From an uncultured bacterium (GTDB taxonomy: Bacteria > Patescibacteriota > Minisyncoccia > UBA6257 > 2-01-FULL-56-20), in the NCBI GenBank assembly GCA_963718515.1, contig OY970354.1, positions 566,808-630,807 on the forward strand: a stretch of 64,000 nt of DNA, read 5' to 3'. The first letter of the stretch is position 1. Each line of letters opens with the position of its first letter. The position numbers were made by a program, and so were the translations under genes. Below the pieces are notes generated by a model. That model ran no database searches and was not told the origin of the DNA. It saw nothing but the letters and a program-made list of their open reading frames with translations. Shown here piece after piece: positions 27,897 to 36,389 of the stretch.

Positions 27897-28295
27897 CTAT
27901 CTATCGTGCATGAATTTACGCAGATTCTCACTCAACGTAGAAACGTCTAATTTACTAAAGAATACAACGCCAGCAAGTTCCTCCGCAAGCCGCGCCCGCT
28001 CCGCCTGCGGGATCTCCGCCATCGGATCGCGTAAGCTCGTAAAAAAAGCGAACTGGATCCTTTGTATCTTAGGATTGCGCCGCACCGCCATGGCAAATTC
28101 CCAGCCGCTCGGGCCCGGCGGCATATAAATATCGCTCAAAATAAGGTCTGGCAGGAGCTCTTCCGCCTTGGTGAGCGCCTCATCCACGCTACGGGTGATC
28201 ACCGTATCAAAACCTTCGGATCGTAATTGCACCGAGGCGATCTCTAAAAAGTCTTCTTCGTCATCGATCAGAAGGACAAGGGGATGTTCTCTCAT
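27897..28295 (-). CDS. stand-alone response regulator receiver domain protein
   Basis: LLIDDEEDF, LILSDIYMP (phospho-Asp), FFTSL, FFSKLD. No output domain. First gene of the operon. Confidence 0.9.
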   Translation of the reverse strand: MREHPLVLLIDDEEDFLEIASVQLRSEGFDTVITRSVDEALTKAEELLPDLILSDIYMPPGPSGWEFAMAVRRNPKIQRIQFAFFTSLRDPMAEIPQAERARLAEELAGVVFFSKLDVSTLSENLRKFMHDR

Positions 28296-28334
28296 GGGGT
28301 AATATTATATTACCATACGGGGTATACTGATGGC

Positions 28335-28838
28335 ATGAAGCTGTTCCAGGAAAAAAATTACCGCGCGCTTTTTAGAATAGGCATTCTTGTAAAAGCGGTG
28401 GATGGAATCATCGAGGCCGGCGCCGGGGTTTTCCTTTATTTTGTAAATTATTCCACGGTGAACGCGATCCTCTTCTCGGCGTTTCGGGAAGAAATAGCGG
28501 AGAATCCGAGAGATGCTTTTTGGCAATATCTCATCAATGAGTGGCACGCACTCTCGTTGTCCCGGCATTCCTTTTGGGGAATATTATTTTTTGTGCACGG
28601 AATAACGAAATTTTTATTATCCATAGCCCTTTTAAAAAACCAGCTGTGGGCATATCCAACGTCCGCAGCGATCTTCACGCTTTTCGTGGCGTACGAAATA
28701 TATTCGTGCGTCTATCATCCATCGCTATTCCTTGGGCTCATCGCCGTGTTTGACGCCTCCGTCGTCATTTTGATCCTGCACGAATATCGTCACTTGATAA
28801 AAAATAATTCTGGTCTTCTTTTTACTAAAATTAAATAA
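28335..28838 (+). CDS. four-helix membrane protein (DUF2127-like, from memory)
   Basis: Start trimmed to MKLFQEKNYRALFRIGILVKAVDGIIE; 4 TM segments. Confidence 0.55.
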   Translation: MKLFQEKNYRALFRIGILVKAVDGIIEAGAGVFLYFVNYSTVNAILFSAFREEIAENPRDAFWQYLINEWHALSLSRHSFWGILFFVHGITKFLLSIALLKNQLWAYPTSAAIFTLFVAYEIYSCVYHPSLFLGLIAVFDASVVILILHEYRHLIKNNSGLLFTKIK

Positions 28839-28977
28839 AGTCCGGGCTGAGAAGTTTGCGGAGGCAATGCCGGCTTGGTCGTTCATTCTGATGAACGCGG
28901 CATTGCCGAGCACACAGGCTGGCGGGTGCCGCAGGAGCACCTGAACAGCCGGTTCTCAGCCCGGACTTTATTTAATT
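28829..28977. terminator. compound inverted repeat: a bidirectional terminator-like 25-bp outer stem enclosing a 99-nt two-hairpin insert (candidate structured RNA or MITE)
   Basis: AATTAAATAAAGTCCGGGCTGAGAA (28829-28853) is the perfect reverse complement of 28953-28977. Inner stems: 28863-72/28898-907, 28880-86/28891-97, 28917-21/28946-50 and 28925-29/28937-41. Confidence 0.55.
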
Positions 28978-30789
28978 ATTTTTTCCCGCCTTCTTCCGTT
29001 CGTTCTCGTTCAAATATTTCTTGCGGATGCGAACGTTCTGCGGGGTGATCTCCACAAGCTCGTCATCGCTGATATAATCGAGCGCATCTTCGAGCGTGAG
29101 CGTGAGCGGCACCTCGAGCTGATCCGCCAATCCTTCGTTCTTCGCGCGGAAGTTGGTGAGTTCTTTCTCCCGCGCCACGTGCACGAGCACATCGCCTTCG
29201 CGGGGCGTTTCGCCCACCACCATGCCTTCATAGACCGCAACGCCGGCGCTGATGAAAAGTATCCCCCTGCCCTGCGCCGTCACAAGGCCATAATTATTTG
29301 ACGTGCCCGCCTGCGTGGCGACGATCGAACCGTGAAGCAACGGCGGGAGGTCGCCTTTGTACGGTTCATATCCCAAAAATATCGTGTTCATGATGCCGGT
29401 GCCTTTTGTGGCGGTCAGAAATTTATTCCGAATGCCGATAAGGCCGCGCGTCGGAATTGTAAAGTCCATGTAGGCATTCTTATTATCGTCCACACGCATA
29501 TTCGTCATCAGACCCAAGCGCTTGCCCAACATCTCAATGACAGTGCCGGAATACATCTCCGGAACTTCGATTGAAACGAGTTCGATCGGCTCGGTCTTCT
29601 TGCCATCCACTTCTTTATAAATAACCTGCGGCTTGGAAACCTCGAGCTCAAACCCTTCGCGGCGCATTTTTTCGATAAGAATAGCGAGGTGCAGTTCACC
29701 GCGCCCCGCGACCACCCAGCGATCGCTCGCTTCGGTCGGCGTCACCGCGAGCGCCACGTCAGTCTCCAATTCTTTTTCGAGACGATCCTTAAGATTGCGC
29801 GACGTCGTAAACTTTCCTTCCTTGCCGCGGAACGGCGACGTGTTCACGGAGAATGTCATTTTGATCGTCGGCTCGTCGATGTGGATTGTCGGCAAGCGCG
29901 ATCGGACGCGGCCGGGTCAGCGATCGTTTCGCCGATCGAGACGTCCGGAATGCCCGCGATGCAAACGATCTCCCCCGCCTCGGCGGACTCTACTTCTATC
30001 TTTCCCAAGACCATCAAAAAGCATCACCGACGTGAGTTGCGACATTTTTTATGTCGCCCGCGCGATTGATATGCGCGACCGTCATATTCTTTTTGAGAGT
30101 GCCGGAATATAAACGCCCGATCGCGATCTTGCCTTTATAGTTATCGTAGGCCAAATTAACCGTGAGCATCTGCAATGTATCGATCTCGCTCTTTTTGGGC
30201 GCCGGCAGATAGTTCACAATCGTTTCAAATACCGGCAAAATGTCTGTCATCTTGGAAAGATCTTTTTCGCATGCCTGCCTTGCCATCACGCGCAGCGGCG
30301 TAGATCACCGGGAATTCGATCTGCTCTTCCGTGGCGTCGAGCTCAAAGAAAAGATCGTAGGTGGCGTTCAACGCCCACTCCACACGCGCATCCGGCTTGT
30401 CGATCTTGTTCACCACGACGACCACTCTTGTGGCCGGCCTGAATGGCTTTGCGCAAAACGAACTTTGTCTGCGGCATCGGGCCTTCTTTTGCATCGATGA
30501 GCAAAAGCACGCCATCCACCATTCGCATGATGCGCTCTACCTCGCCGCCAAAGTCCGCGTGGCCGGGCGTATCCACGATGTTGATCTTTGTATCTTTATA
30601 GATAACCGATGCGTTCTTGGAAAAAATCGTAATGCCGCGCTCGCGCTCGAGCTCGTTCGAATCCATGATAAGGTCGCCGTTGGTCGCCGTCTTCTGCTTA
30701 AAACTTGCAGATTGCTTTAATAAGGCATCGACGAGGGTCGTCTTGCCGTGGTCAACGTGTGCAATAATGGCGATGTTTCGGATATCCAT
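28972..30789 (-). pseudogene. typA: translational GTPase TypA/BipA, disrupted by at least 5 frameshifts between about 29890 and 30435
   Basis: N-terminus [26 protein letters not shown]. Homology then hops frames: NKIDKPDAR / DILPVFETIVNYLPAP / LFDGLGK / IEVESAEAGEIVCIAGIPD / LPTIHIDEPTIKMTF... through to the C-terminus. Confidence 0.85.
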
Positions 30790-30947
30790 TGATTAAATAT
30801 CCATTAAACAAACAGAAGCCGTGCCCGGGCGGCACGGTATTCGGCCTGATGGGAGAATTATAATAAAAATATGGGGAAATAGCAATATTCATCCGATCAG
30901 ACTCAAATTTGCCCTCGACCCGACTATGGTATTATAGAGATATAGCC

Positions 30948-31421
30948 ATGGAGCCTCTTGCAACAAACATGCAGGCGCCGGACTTTAGCCTTCCCGACCA
31001 GGACGGGAGGGAACACACGCTGTCGCGGTACCGTGGCCAATGGGTACTGCTTTATTTTTATCCCAAGGACGACACGGCGGGATGCACAAAAGAGGCTTGC
31101 TCTATCCGCGACGCGTTCCCAAATTTTCAAAGCCTCAATATAAAAGTGATCGGTGTGAGTGTGGATTCCGTGGAGAGCCACAAAGAATTTGCTGAGAAAT
31201 ATAAATTGCCATTCACGCTCCTTGCCGATACGAATAAAAAAGTGGTCACCCGCTACGGCGTGTGGGCCGATAAAAAATTCATGGGGCGTGAATACGAGGG
31301 CACACTTCGCTCATCATTTCTGATCGACCCGACCGGCATGATCGAAAAGATCTACACCGACGTAAAGCCCGAGAAACACGCGGAGGAAGTTCTGCGCGAT
31401 CTGAAGCGACTGGAGGAATAA
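30948..31421 (+). CDS. bcp: thiol peroxidase / peroxiredoxin Bcp
   Basis: FYPKDDTAGCTKEAC. Start trimmed to MEPLATNMQAPDF. Confidence 0.9.
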   Translation: MEPLATNMQAPDFSLPDQDGREHTLSRYRGQWVLLYFYPKDDTAGCTKEACSIRDAFPNFQSLNIKVIGVSVDSVESHKEFAEKYKLPFTLLADTNKKVVTRYGVWADKKFMGREYEGTLRSSFLIDPTGMIEKIYTDVKPEKHAEEVLRDLKRLEE

Positions 31422-31611
31422 AAAGCTTTATAAAAGGCTTAATTTACAGGCTTTTTTAGCATAATCGAGGCTCTTGCAAAAGCGCCGCTCATTTGGTGTA
31501 TACTATACGCAGAAACTTAACAGATCCTTCCGCTCTTTGACAGCCTTATATTTTTCCAAAAGGCCGTCATTATTGCAGTCTTATAGTAAATAATTAACCA
31601 ATTAACGATTT

Positions 31612-32577
31612 ATGAAAAAATTATTTTTTCTTGCAGCAGCATTAGTTGCAATAGGGAGCATTGGAGGGCATATGGTAGTAAACACTGCGCACGCGCAGAC
31701 GACCTCAACGCTCACGCCGAGCCAGGTCGCGGCGATGGAGCAAGAGCTCGCAGTCGCGAAGGCGACGCTCGCAAATCTTGAGATGGAGGCAGGGATGATC
31801 CCTGCCGGTGACTCCGGATCGGCGACGGTCGCAGTCGTAACGGCACCGACAACTCCGGCAACGGTTCCGATGGTAACCCCGGGCACCCAGCTTTCCGCAA
31901 GCCAGATCAGCGAGGTTCGCGCCACATTGGGCACGCTCGCGACGATGCTCGGACAGTTGGGCACTTCGCTCGCGGCCAACACGACGCTCACCCCCTCGCA
32001 AGACCTCGCCGTACACGCAACGCTGAACGGCATGGAGGGCACGCTCGCAGCAATGGTAACTGACGTTGCGAACGGCACGGAAATGACCGGCACATCCGCC
32101 GCATCCGCACCGATCGCGATGAACACCGAGCCGAGCAAGGCTTCGACGCCGGCCGCAACCGCGCCGACCGTCACCGTCACTCCGTCAGCAGGCACACCGC
32201 CAAGCGTGGCGGCAAACACCGGACTCACGCCGACCGTGCAAACGACGCCTACTCCGGTAGCGGCGGCGGCTGTAGCAAACGGCGCTCCGCAGACCGCACA
32301 GGCATCGTCGTTCTGGTCGTTCACCAAAGCACACTGGCCGACGATCGTGATTGTATTGCTCGTGATAGCGATCCTCGCGATCCTATTCTGGCCGGAGAAA
32401 GAAGAAATGAGGACCGTCACCACAACGACGACCATGCCGAGCAAGCCTAAGGCTTCGGCGCAACCGTCAGTCACGGTGATCCAAACGACGGTATCTCCTT
32501 CCAATCTGCCAAACAACACCCACTCCGCACCTCCGACCCCCGTCGCGAATGCAGTGGCAGCACCAGCGCAAAAATAG
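31612..32577 (+). CDS. secreted, C-terminally anchored Ala/Thr/Pro-rich protein
   Basis: Signal peptide MKKLFFLAAALVAIGSIGG...AHA, low-complexity A/T/P body, TM helix WPTIVIVLLVIAILAILFW. Confidence 0.65.
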   Translation: MKKLFFLAAALVAIGSIGGHMVVNTAHAQTTSTLTPSQVAAMEQELAVAKATLANLEMEAGMIPAGDSGSATVAVVTAPTTPATVPMVTPGTQLSASQISEVRATLGTLATMLGQLGTSLAANTTLTPSQDLAVHATLNGMEGTLAAMVTDVANGTEMTGTSAASAPIAMNTEPSKASTPAATAPTVTVTPSAGTPPSVAANTGLTPTVQTTPTPVAAAAVANGAPQTAQASSFWSFTKAHWPTIVIVLLVIAILAILFWPEKEEMRTVTTTTTMPSKPKASAQPSVTVIQTTVSPSNLPNNTHSAPPTPVANAVAAPAQK

Positions 32578-32608
32578 TTTGCCGTAAGAATACGTCAAAT
32601 AGAAAAAG

Positions 32609-32639
32609 CCGCTTTTACCGTATGTAAGGGCGGTTTTTT
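32609..32639 (+). terminator. rho-independent terminator
   Basis: CCGCTTTTAC-cgtat-GTAAGGGCGG followed by TTTTTT. Confidence 0.6.
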
Positions 32640-32768
32640 CTATGGCGATGAGCATTTTTCTATAATGATCGGCGCGTGGTTGAACTGCCGGTTGGTAACA
32701 TACCCAAGGCCGAAGCTAAGCGATGCCACAAAAAATATAATCGCGCCAAGAACAAATCGTTTTTTCAT
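32640..32768 (-). CDS. candidate 42-aa membrane peptide
   Basis: ATG at 32768; MKKRFVLGAIIFFVASLSFGLGYV...; below the ORF-track cutoff. Confidence 0.3.
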   Translation of the reverse strand: MKKRFVLGAIIFFVASLSFGLGYVTNRQFNHAPIIIEKCSSP

Positions 32769-32825
32769 GCCAATACGCTAGCATGCAGGCCATTAAAACT
32801 ATCTAAAAAAAGAACTTGTTTATGG

Positions 32826-32854
32826 TTGACATTACCCACGCTCTAACATAAAAT
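32826..32854 (+). promoter_or_regulatory. sigma70-type promoter of rpmA (leaderless geometry)
   Basis: TTGACA, 17-nt spacer, TAAAAT. The -10 box ends 8 nt before the ATG at 32863. No SD. Confidence 0.5.
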
Positions 32855-32862
32855 GGAACCTT

Positions 32863-33141
32863 ATGGCACATACCAAAGCCATCGGCTCAACTAAATTAGG
32901 ACGCGATTCCATCGCAAAGCGCCTCGGCGTCAAGCTTCAGGACGGCCAAAAAGTGATGGTCGGCCAGATCATCATCCGCCAGCGCGGCACCAAATACACT
33001 CCCGGAGCGAACGTCATTCGCGCCGATGACGACACCCTCTTTGCCGGCAAGAACGGCACGGTCAAGTTCACGACCAAAACGAAGACGCATTTTGACGGTT
33101 CGCGGAAGAAAGCGACGTTTGTGCAGGTGGTCGCGGCATAA
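32863..33141 (+). CDS. rpmA: 50S ribosomal protein L27
   Basis: [24 protein letters not shown]...[10 protein letters not shown]. Confidence 0.95.
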   Translation: MAHTKAIGSTKLGRDSIAKRLGVKLQDGQKVMVGQIIIRQRGTKYTPGANVIRADDDTLFAGKNGTVKFTTKTKTHFDGSRKKATFVQVVAA

Positions 33142-33163
33142 CGGAATAGTATTCAAAAACTTG

Positions 33164-33196
33164 ACACTATAGCATTTTGTATGCTATAGTGTTTTT
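33164..33196 (+). terminator. rho-independent terminator of rpmA, overlapping a TTGACA/TATAGT promoter-like pair
   Basis: ACACTATAGCAT-tttgt-ATGCTATAGTGT followed by TTTT. TTGACA at 33161-66. Confidence 0.6.
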
Positions 33197-33220
33197 AGTA
33201 CGGCGACGCAGAACGTCGCA

Positions 33221-33619
33221 TTGGCATCCGCAGATCGGATGCCGGAAAGGAACAGTATGGCGGCCTGGATGTTATCCATCTTCGAGAACCTCAACCCGTT
33301 TCGGAAAGAACCTTTCGAGGAGTACTTCAGCAAGAAGTCTCCTAAAAAGGAAGGTGATATTCCCACGATGCAAGCGTTGGTCGATAAGACGCTTTGCGAT
33401 TACGCAATCAGTTTCCAGAATGCGGCCATGGCACAGATCAAGCTTCTGAACGAAATAAAGGCCTGCAGAGAAGGACTTCTCCAAAAAGATCAGCGCGAAC
33501 TTCATCTTGAGCTTCATCGAGCACGCGTGCGGGTCACAAAAAATGCGTTCTGGGACGCTCGGAACGCGGCGCGCGACAAGGGCTTCACCGTGCGCGATCA
33601 GGTTTCCGATTATTACTAG
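33221..33619 (+). CDS. hypothetical helical protein
   Basis: 132-aa ORF (possibly starting at MAAWML, 33257). No family recognised. Confidence 0.4.
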   Translation: MASADRMPERNSMAAWMLSIFENLNPFRKEPFEEYFSKKSPKKEGDIPTMQALVDKTLCDYAISFQNAAMAQIKLLNEIKACREGLLQKDQRELHLELHRARVRVTKNAFWDARNAARDKGFTVRDQVSDYY

Positions 33620-33632
33620 AGATGAGACAAAA

Positions 33633-33668
33633 GGGCCTGAGGCAAAAACCTCGGGCCCCTATTTTTTT
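33633..33668. terminator. bidirectional rho-independent terminator
   Basis: GGGCCTGAGG-caaaaa-CCTCGGGCCC flanked by an A-run and a T-run, between convergent genes. Confidence 0.6.
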
Positions 33669-33679
33669 ACCGCCGGCCG

Positions 33680-34129
33680 TTACTCGCTCTTCGCCACGAT
33701 CACCCCGAGTTTTGCGGTCACGCCTTTTTTAAGATCGATCATCACGGTATATTCGCCTAACTCTTTGATGGGATATTTCAAATCGATGTCGACACGCTCG
33801 GTGCCGATCAGTTTGTGCTCGCGCAGGCCCTTAAGGATGGATTCTTTATTGACCGAACCAAAGACCACACCCGACTTGTCGGCCTTGAGCTCGAATTGAA
33901 GTTTTGTCCGGGCGATCTTGTCCGCAAGGTCCTGCAAGTGCTTGAGCGCTTCTTTATCCTCTTTCTCATGCTCCGCGCGCAGGAAATCGAGCTTTTTTAT
34001 CGCCGCAGGCGTGGCGGTCTCGGCAAGCTTGTTCGGGAAAAGAAAATTGCGTGCGTAGCCGTCGCTCACGTCTTTTACTTCATATTTTTTTCCGACGTTG
34101 CGCACGTCGCTCAGGAATATCACTTTCAT
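33680..34129 (-). CDS. rplI: 50S ribosomal protein L9
   Basis: [40 protein letters not shown] overlap with the upstream protease gene. Confidence 0.9.
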   Translation of the reverse strand: MKVIFLSDVRNVGKKYEVKDVSDGYARNFLFPNKLAETATPAAIKKLDFLRAEHEKEDKEALKHLQDLADKIARTKLQFELKADKSGVVFGSVNKESILKGLREHKLIGTERVDIDLKYPIKELGEYTVMIDLKKGVTAKLGVIVAKSE

Positions 34130-35457
34130 AATCCGGTTGTGGTCGTTGTGGTGGCAACGTCTCCATAACTATTACTGCCCGGGGTGCTCGTCGCGACGCT
34201 TGAGAGCGTGCCGTTGATCTCCGCGGTCACCACCTGCAAAGCCTTCGCCATTTGCGGGTCTTGGCCGGCGGCGATCTCCGCGTCGGTAAGCGCCACCGGA
34301 TAGTTCGGCACGAGACCATCGTGATCAAGGATGCGTCCGGACGGCAATACCCAGTGCGCCACGGTGATCTTGAGCGATGAACCATCGGGAAGGCCGATCA
34401 ATTGCTGAACCGTCCCTTTTCCGAAGCTCTTTTGGCCGACGAGCGGCACCGCACGGTCGTCGTTCAAAGCACCGGACAAAATTTCTGCTGCAGACGCCGA
34501 GCCGCTATTGACCAATATCGCCATCGGCATGGTGTCGAGCGCGCCACTGCCCGATGCCGTGTAATCCACCTCCGGTATCGCACGGCCGACTTCTTTGACC
34601 ACGGGCGAACCGGGCTTAAGGAAATATCCGGAGATGTCCACCGCCACTTGGAGATAGCCTCCCGGATCATTCCGCAGATCCAATACTATTCCCTGCGCAT
34701 TGTTGTTCACCGCCTTTTGAAGCGCCGCGTAAAAAAGCGAATCCGAATCCTGCGTAAATTCTTCAAGCGTGATGACCGCGATATTTTCCTTCATAGCAAA
34801 TTCCACCGTCGGTTCCTGGATGTTCGCGCGAACGATCGTAAAGTTCTTCGGCGCGCTCCAGCCCGCGCGGAAGATGCCCAGCGTAACCGGCGTGCCTACC
34901 GCACCGCGGATCAAATTGACCGCATCATCCACCTGCATACCTTCGGTGGATGTACCGTTGATCGATGTAATCACGTCTTCCGGTTTTAATCCTGCCGTCG
35001 CGGCGGGGGTGCCGTCGATGGGCGCAATGACGACGACTTCCGTGCTCGTGTTCTCGCCAAGCTCTGCGCCGATACCGCCAAAATTTCCCGTGATATCCTG
35101 ATTGAACTGATCGCTGTCGACGGGGGTGAAAAATTCTGTATACGGATCGCCGAGCGATGCGACCATGCCGCTGATCGCGCCGTACATCATCTGTTGGGGC
35201 GTCGTGCTCGGGATCCACAGCGACTCGCTCTGGATATCCTGCCAGGCCTGCCAGAACACGCTAAAATCCGCAGCGCTCGCGCTTGTGGAGGCGTTGGGCT
35301 CAATGTTCGCCGCGGTCGTCACCACGAGGTTTTGCGGATAATTCCTGCCAATATCCCATCCCACAAATCCTCCGCCGGCAAAAATAATAAGGCCGAGCAA
35401 TATGATCGTCCCGACCTCAAATATCTTCCTTTTAGACTCCCTGGTCATTTTTATCAT
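34126..35457 (-). CDS. S41 family C-terminal processing peptidase
   Basis: N-terminal anchor, [11 protein letters not shown] region, [25 protein letters not shown]. Confidence 0.9.
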   Translation of the reverse strand: MIKMTRESKRKIFEVGTIILLGLIIFAGGGFVGWDIGRNYPQNLVVTTAANIEPNASTSASAADFSVFWQAWQDIQSESLWIPSTTPQQMMYGAISGMVASLGDPYTEFFTPVDSDQFNQDITGNFGGIGAELGENTSTEVVVIAPIDGTPAATAGLKPEDVITSINGTSTEGMQVDDAVNLIRGAVGTPVTLGIFRAGWSAPKNFTIVRANIQEPTVEFAMKENIAVITLEEFTQDSDSLFYAALQKAVNNNAQGIVLDLRNDPGGYLQVAVDISGYFLKPGSPVVKEVGRAIPEVDYTASGSGALDTMPMAILVNSGSASAAEILSGALNDDRAVPLVGQKSFGKGTVQQLIGLPDGSSLKITVAHWVLPSGRILDHDGLVPNYPVALTDAEIAAGQDPQMAKALQVVTAEINGTLSSVATSTPGSNSYGDVATTTTTTGL

Positions 35458-35528
35458 GTAGCCATTTTATCACTATTTTGGGATTTCAAAAAGGATGCTT
35501 TTGGTCATTAAAAAACCATTAAAAGATA

Positions 35529-35557
35529 TTTGACTGAAACTAAGATTTTCTTATACT
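35529..35557 (+). promoter_or_regulatory. near-consensus promoter pointing antisense into the MazF-like gene
   Basis: TTGACT (35529-34), 17-nt spacer, TATACT (35552-57). Followed by the palindrome CCCCGTGTCGA-att-TCGACACGGGG at 35586-35610. Confidence 0.4.
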
Positions 35558-35618
35558 GAAAGGGAATTGGGAAGTACCCACTGATCCCCGTGTCGAATTT
35601 CGACACGGGGTGGCTAAT

Positions 35619-36020
35619 TTAAGGGCAATAGAATTCATGGAACGATCTCTTTATAGAAAGGAATGTGGAAGTCTGAATAAGTCTAATCCTCCCTCTTAAA
35701 CGCTTTTTATCAATTATTCTCGCCTGATTAAGCATCGCAAAACTTCGATGACCGGGAAGCTCAATAGCAACATACCAACTTCCTTTTTTCTCGGAACCGG
35801 TAAGTGGCAATCCTAAAAACGAATTCTTGGTTAATTTCTTAAACACTAAAATGGGGCGAGCGAAATGAACCCCTTTTCCATAAACCTCCTCTCCTATATT
35901 TAGCCCGATCGAACACCACCAAACCTCACCTTCATGAAAGATACTTTTCGCTTCCTTATTGCGTAATAAAAATTTTAGTCTGCACCAATCCAGCAGTTCT
36001 AAAACATAATCTTTGATCAT
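35619..36020 (-). CDS. PemK/MazF-family toxin-like protein (solitary)
   Basis: GEVWWCSIGLNIGEEVYGKG...ARPILVFKK...PLTGSEKKGSWYV...LNQARIIDKKRL pattern recalled from MazF-like annotations. No adjacent antitoxin ORF. Confidence 0.55.
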   Translation of the reverse strand: MIKDYVLELLDWCRLKFLLRNKEAKSIFHEGEVWWCSIGLNIGEEVYGKGVHFARPILVFKKLTKNSFLGLPLTGSEKKGSWYVAIELPGHRSFAMLNQARIIDKKRLRGRIRLIQTSTFLSIKRSFHEFYCP

Positions 36021-36100
36021 CCGGCAACAGTATCATTTTCATATTAAAAGAAGATTAACGCCGAGTCGCAAATAATCCAAAAGGGCGTTAAAATGGAGCC

Positions 36101-36388
36101 ATGGCAGGAACGCGGAAGAAATATGTAGAAGAGCTCAAGCGGCGCGGGAAGGAATCCCACGTATATCGGAAATATCAGCTTATTGGGCTTGAGATCTCCC
36201 AGTTATTGGCCGATGAGAAGCATAAAGCGCTCTATATTAAGCTCGCCAAGGAACAGAGCGCCGAGCGGCTGATGAGCCTGGCAAAAGATATCGCGGAGCG
36301 CAAGAACGTCAAAAATAAGGGCGCATATTTTATGACCTTGTTAAAAGAGCAGAATACTAACGCAAAAAATCCGGCAAAATCTAAATAA
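36101..36388 (+). CDS. hypothetical Lys-rich helical protein
   Basis: 95-aa ORF. TAAAAT lies 6 nt upstream of the ATG. Confidence 0.5.
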   Translation: MAGTRKKYVEELKRRGKESHVYRKYQLIGLEISQLLADEKHKALYIKLAKEQSAERLMSLAKDIAERKNVKNKGAYFMTLLKEQNTNAKNPAKSK

Positions 36389-36389
36389 T

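Noticed and set aside
24817-27931. Long N-terminal extensions offered by the ORF track (24817-26493, 26315-27931; likewise 38855-39670, 50965-51957, 55857-56780, 53309-54805, 28284-28838 and 30909-31421).
   Set aside because: The extensions overlap upstream genes or intergenic promoters and have odd composition. Internal ATGs give N-termini that match family expectations, so the starts were trimmed.
28837-28969. Possibility that the 133-nt structured element is the SRP (4.5S) RNA, 6S RNA or a tRNA-like gene.
   Set aside because: There is no helix-8 GGAA tetraloop or AGCA/GGAAG symmetric-loop signature on either strand. It has a three-way junction rather than a single rod. It lacks a cloverleaf and it lacks the 6S central bubble.
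31602-32519. 305-aa ORF on the minus strand, mirror-overlapping the 321-aa plus-strand gene.
   Set aside because: The plus-strand product has a clean signal peptide, a C-terminal anchor, an upstream promoter and a downstream terminator. The antisense frame is an artefact of the Ala/Thr/Pro-rich (GC-rich codon) composition.
33161-33196. Shared operator between the palindrome downstream of rpmA (AGCAT...ATGCT) and the 52209-52238 promoter (AAGCATA...TATGCTT).
   Set aside because: The resemblance is limited to a 5-bp half-site that coincides with a TATGCT-type -10 box. The spacing differs, and the rpmA palindrome is explained as a terminator.
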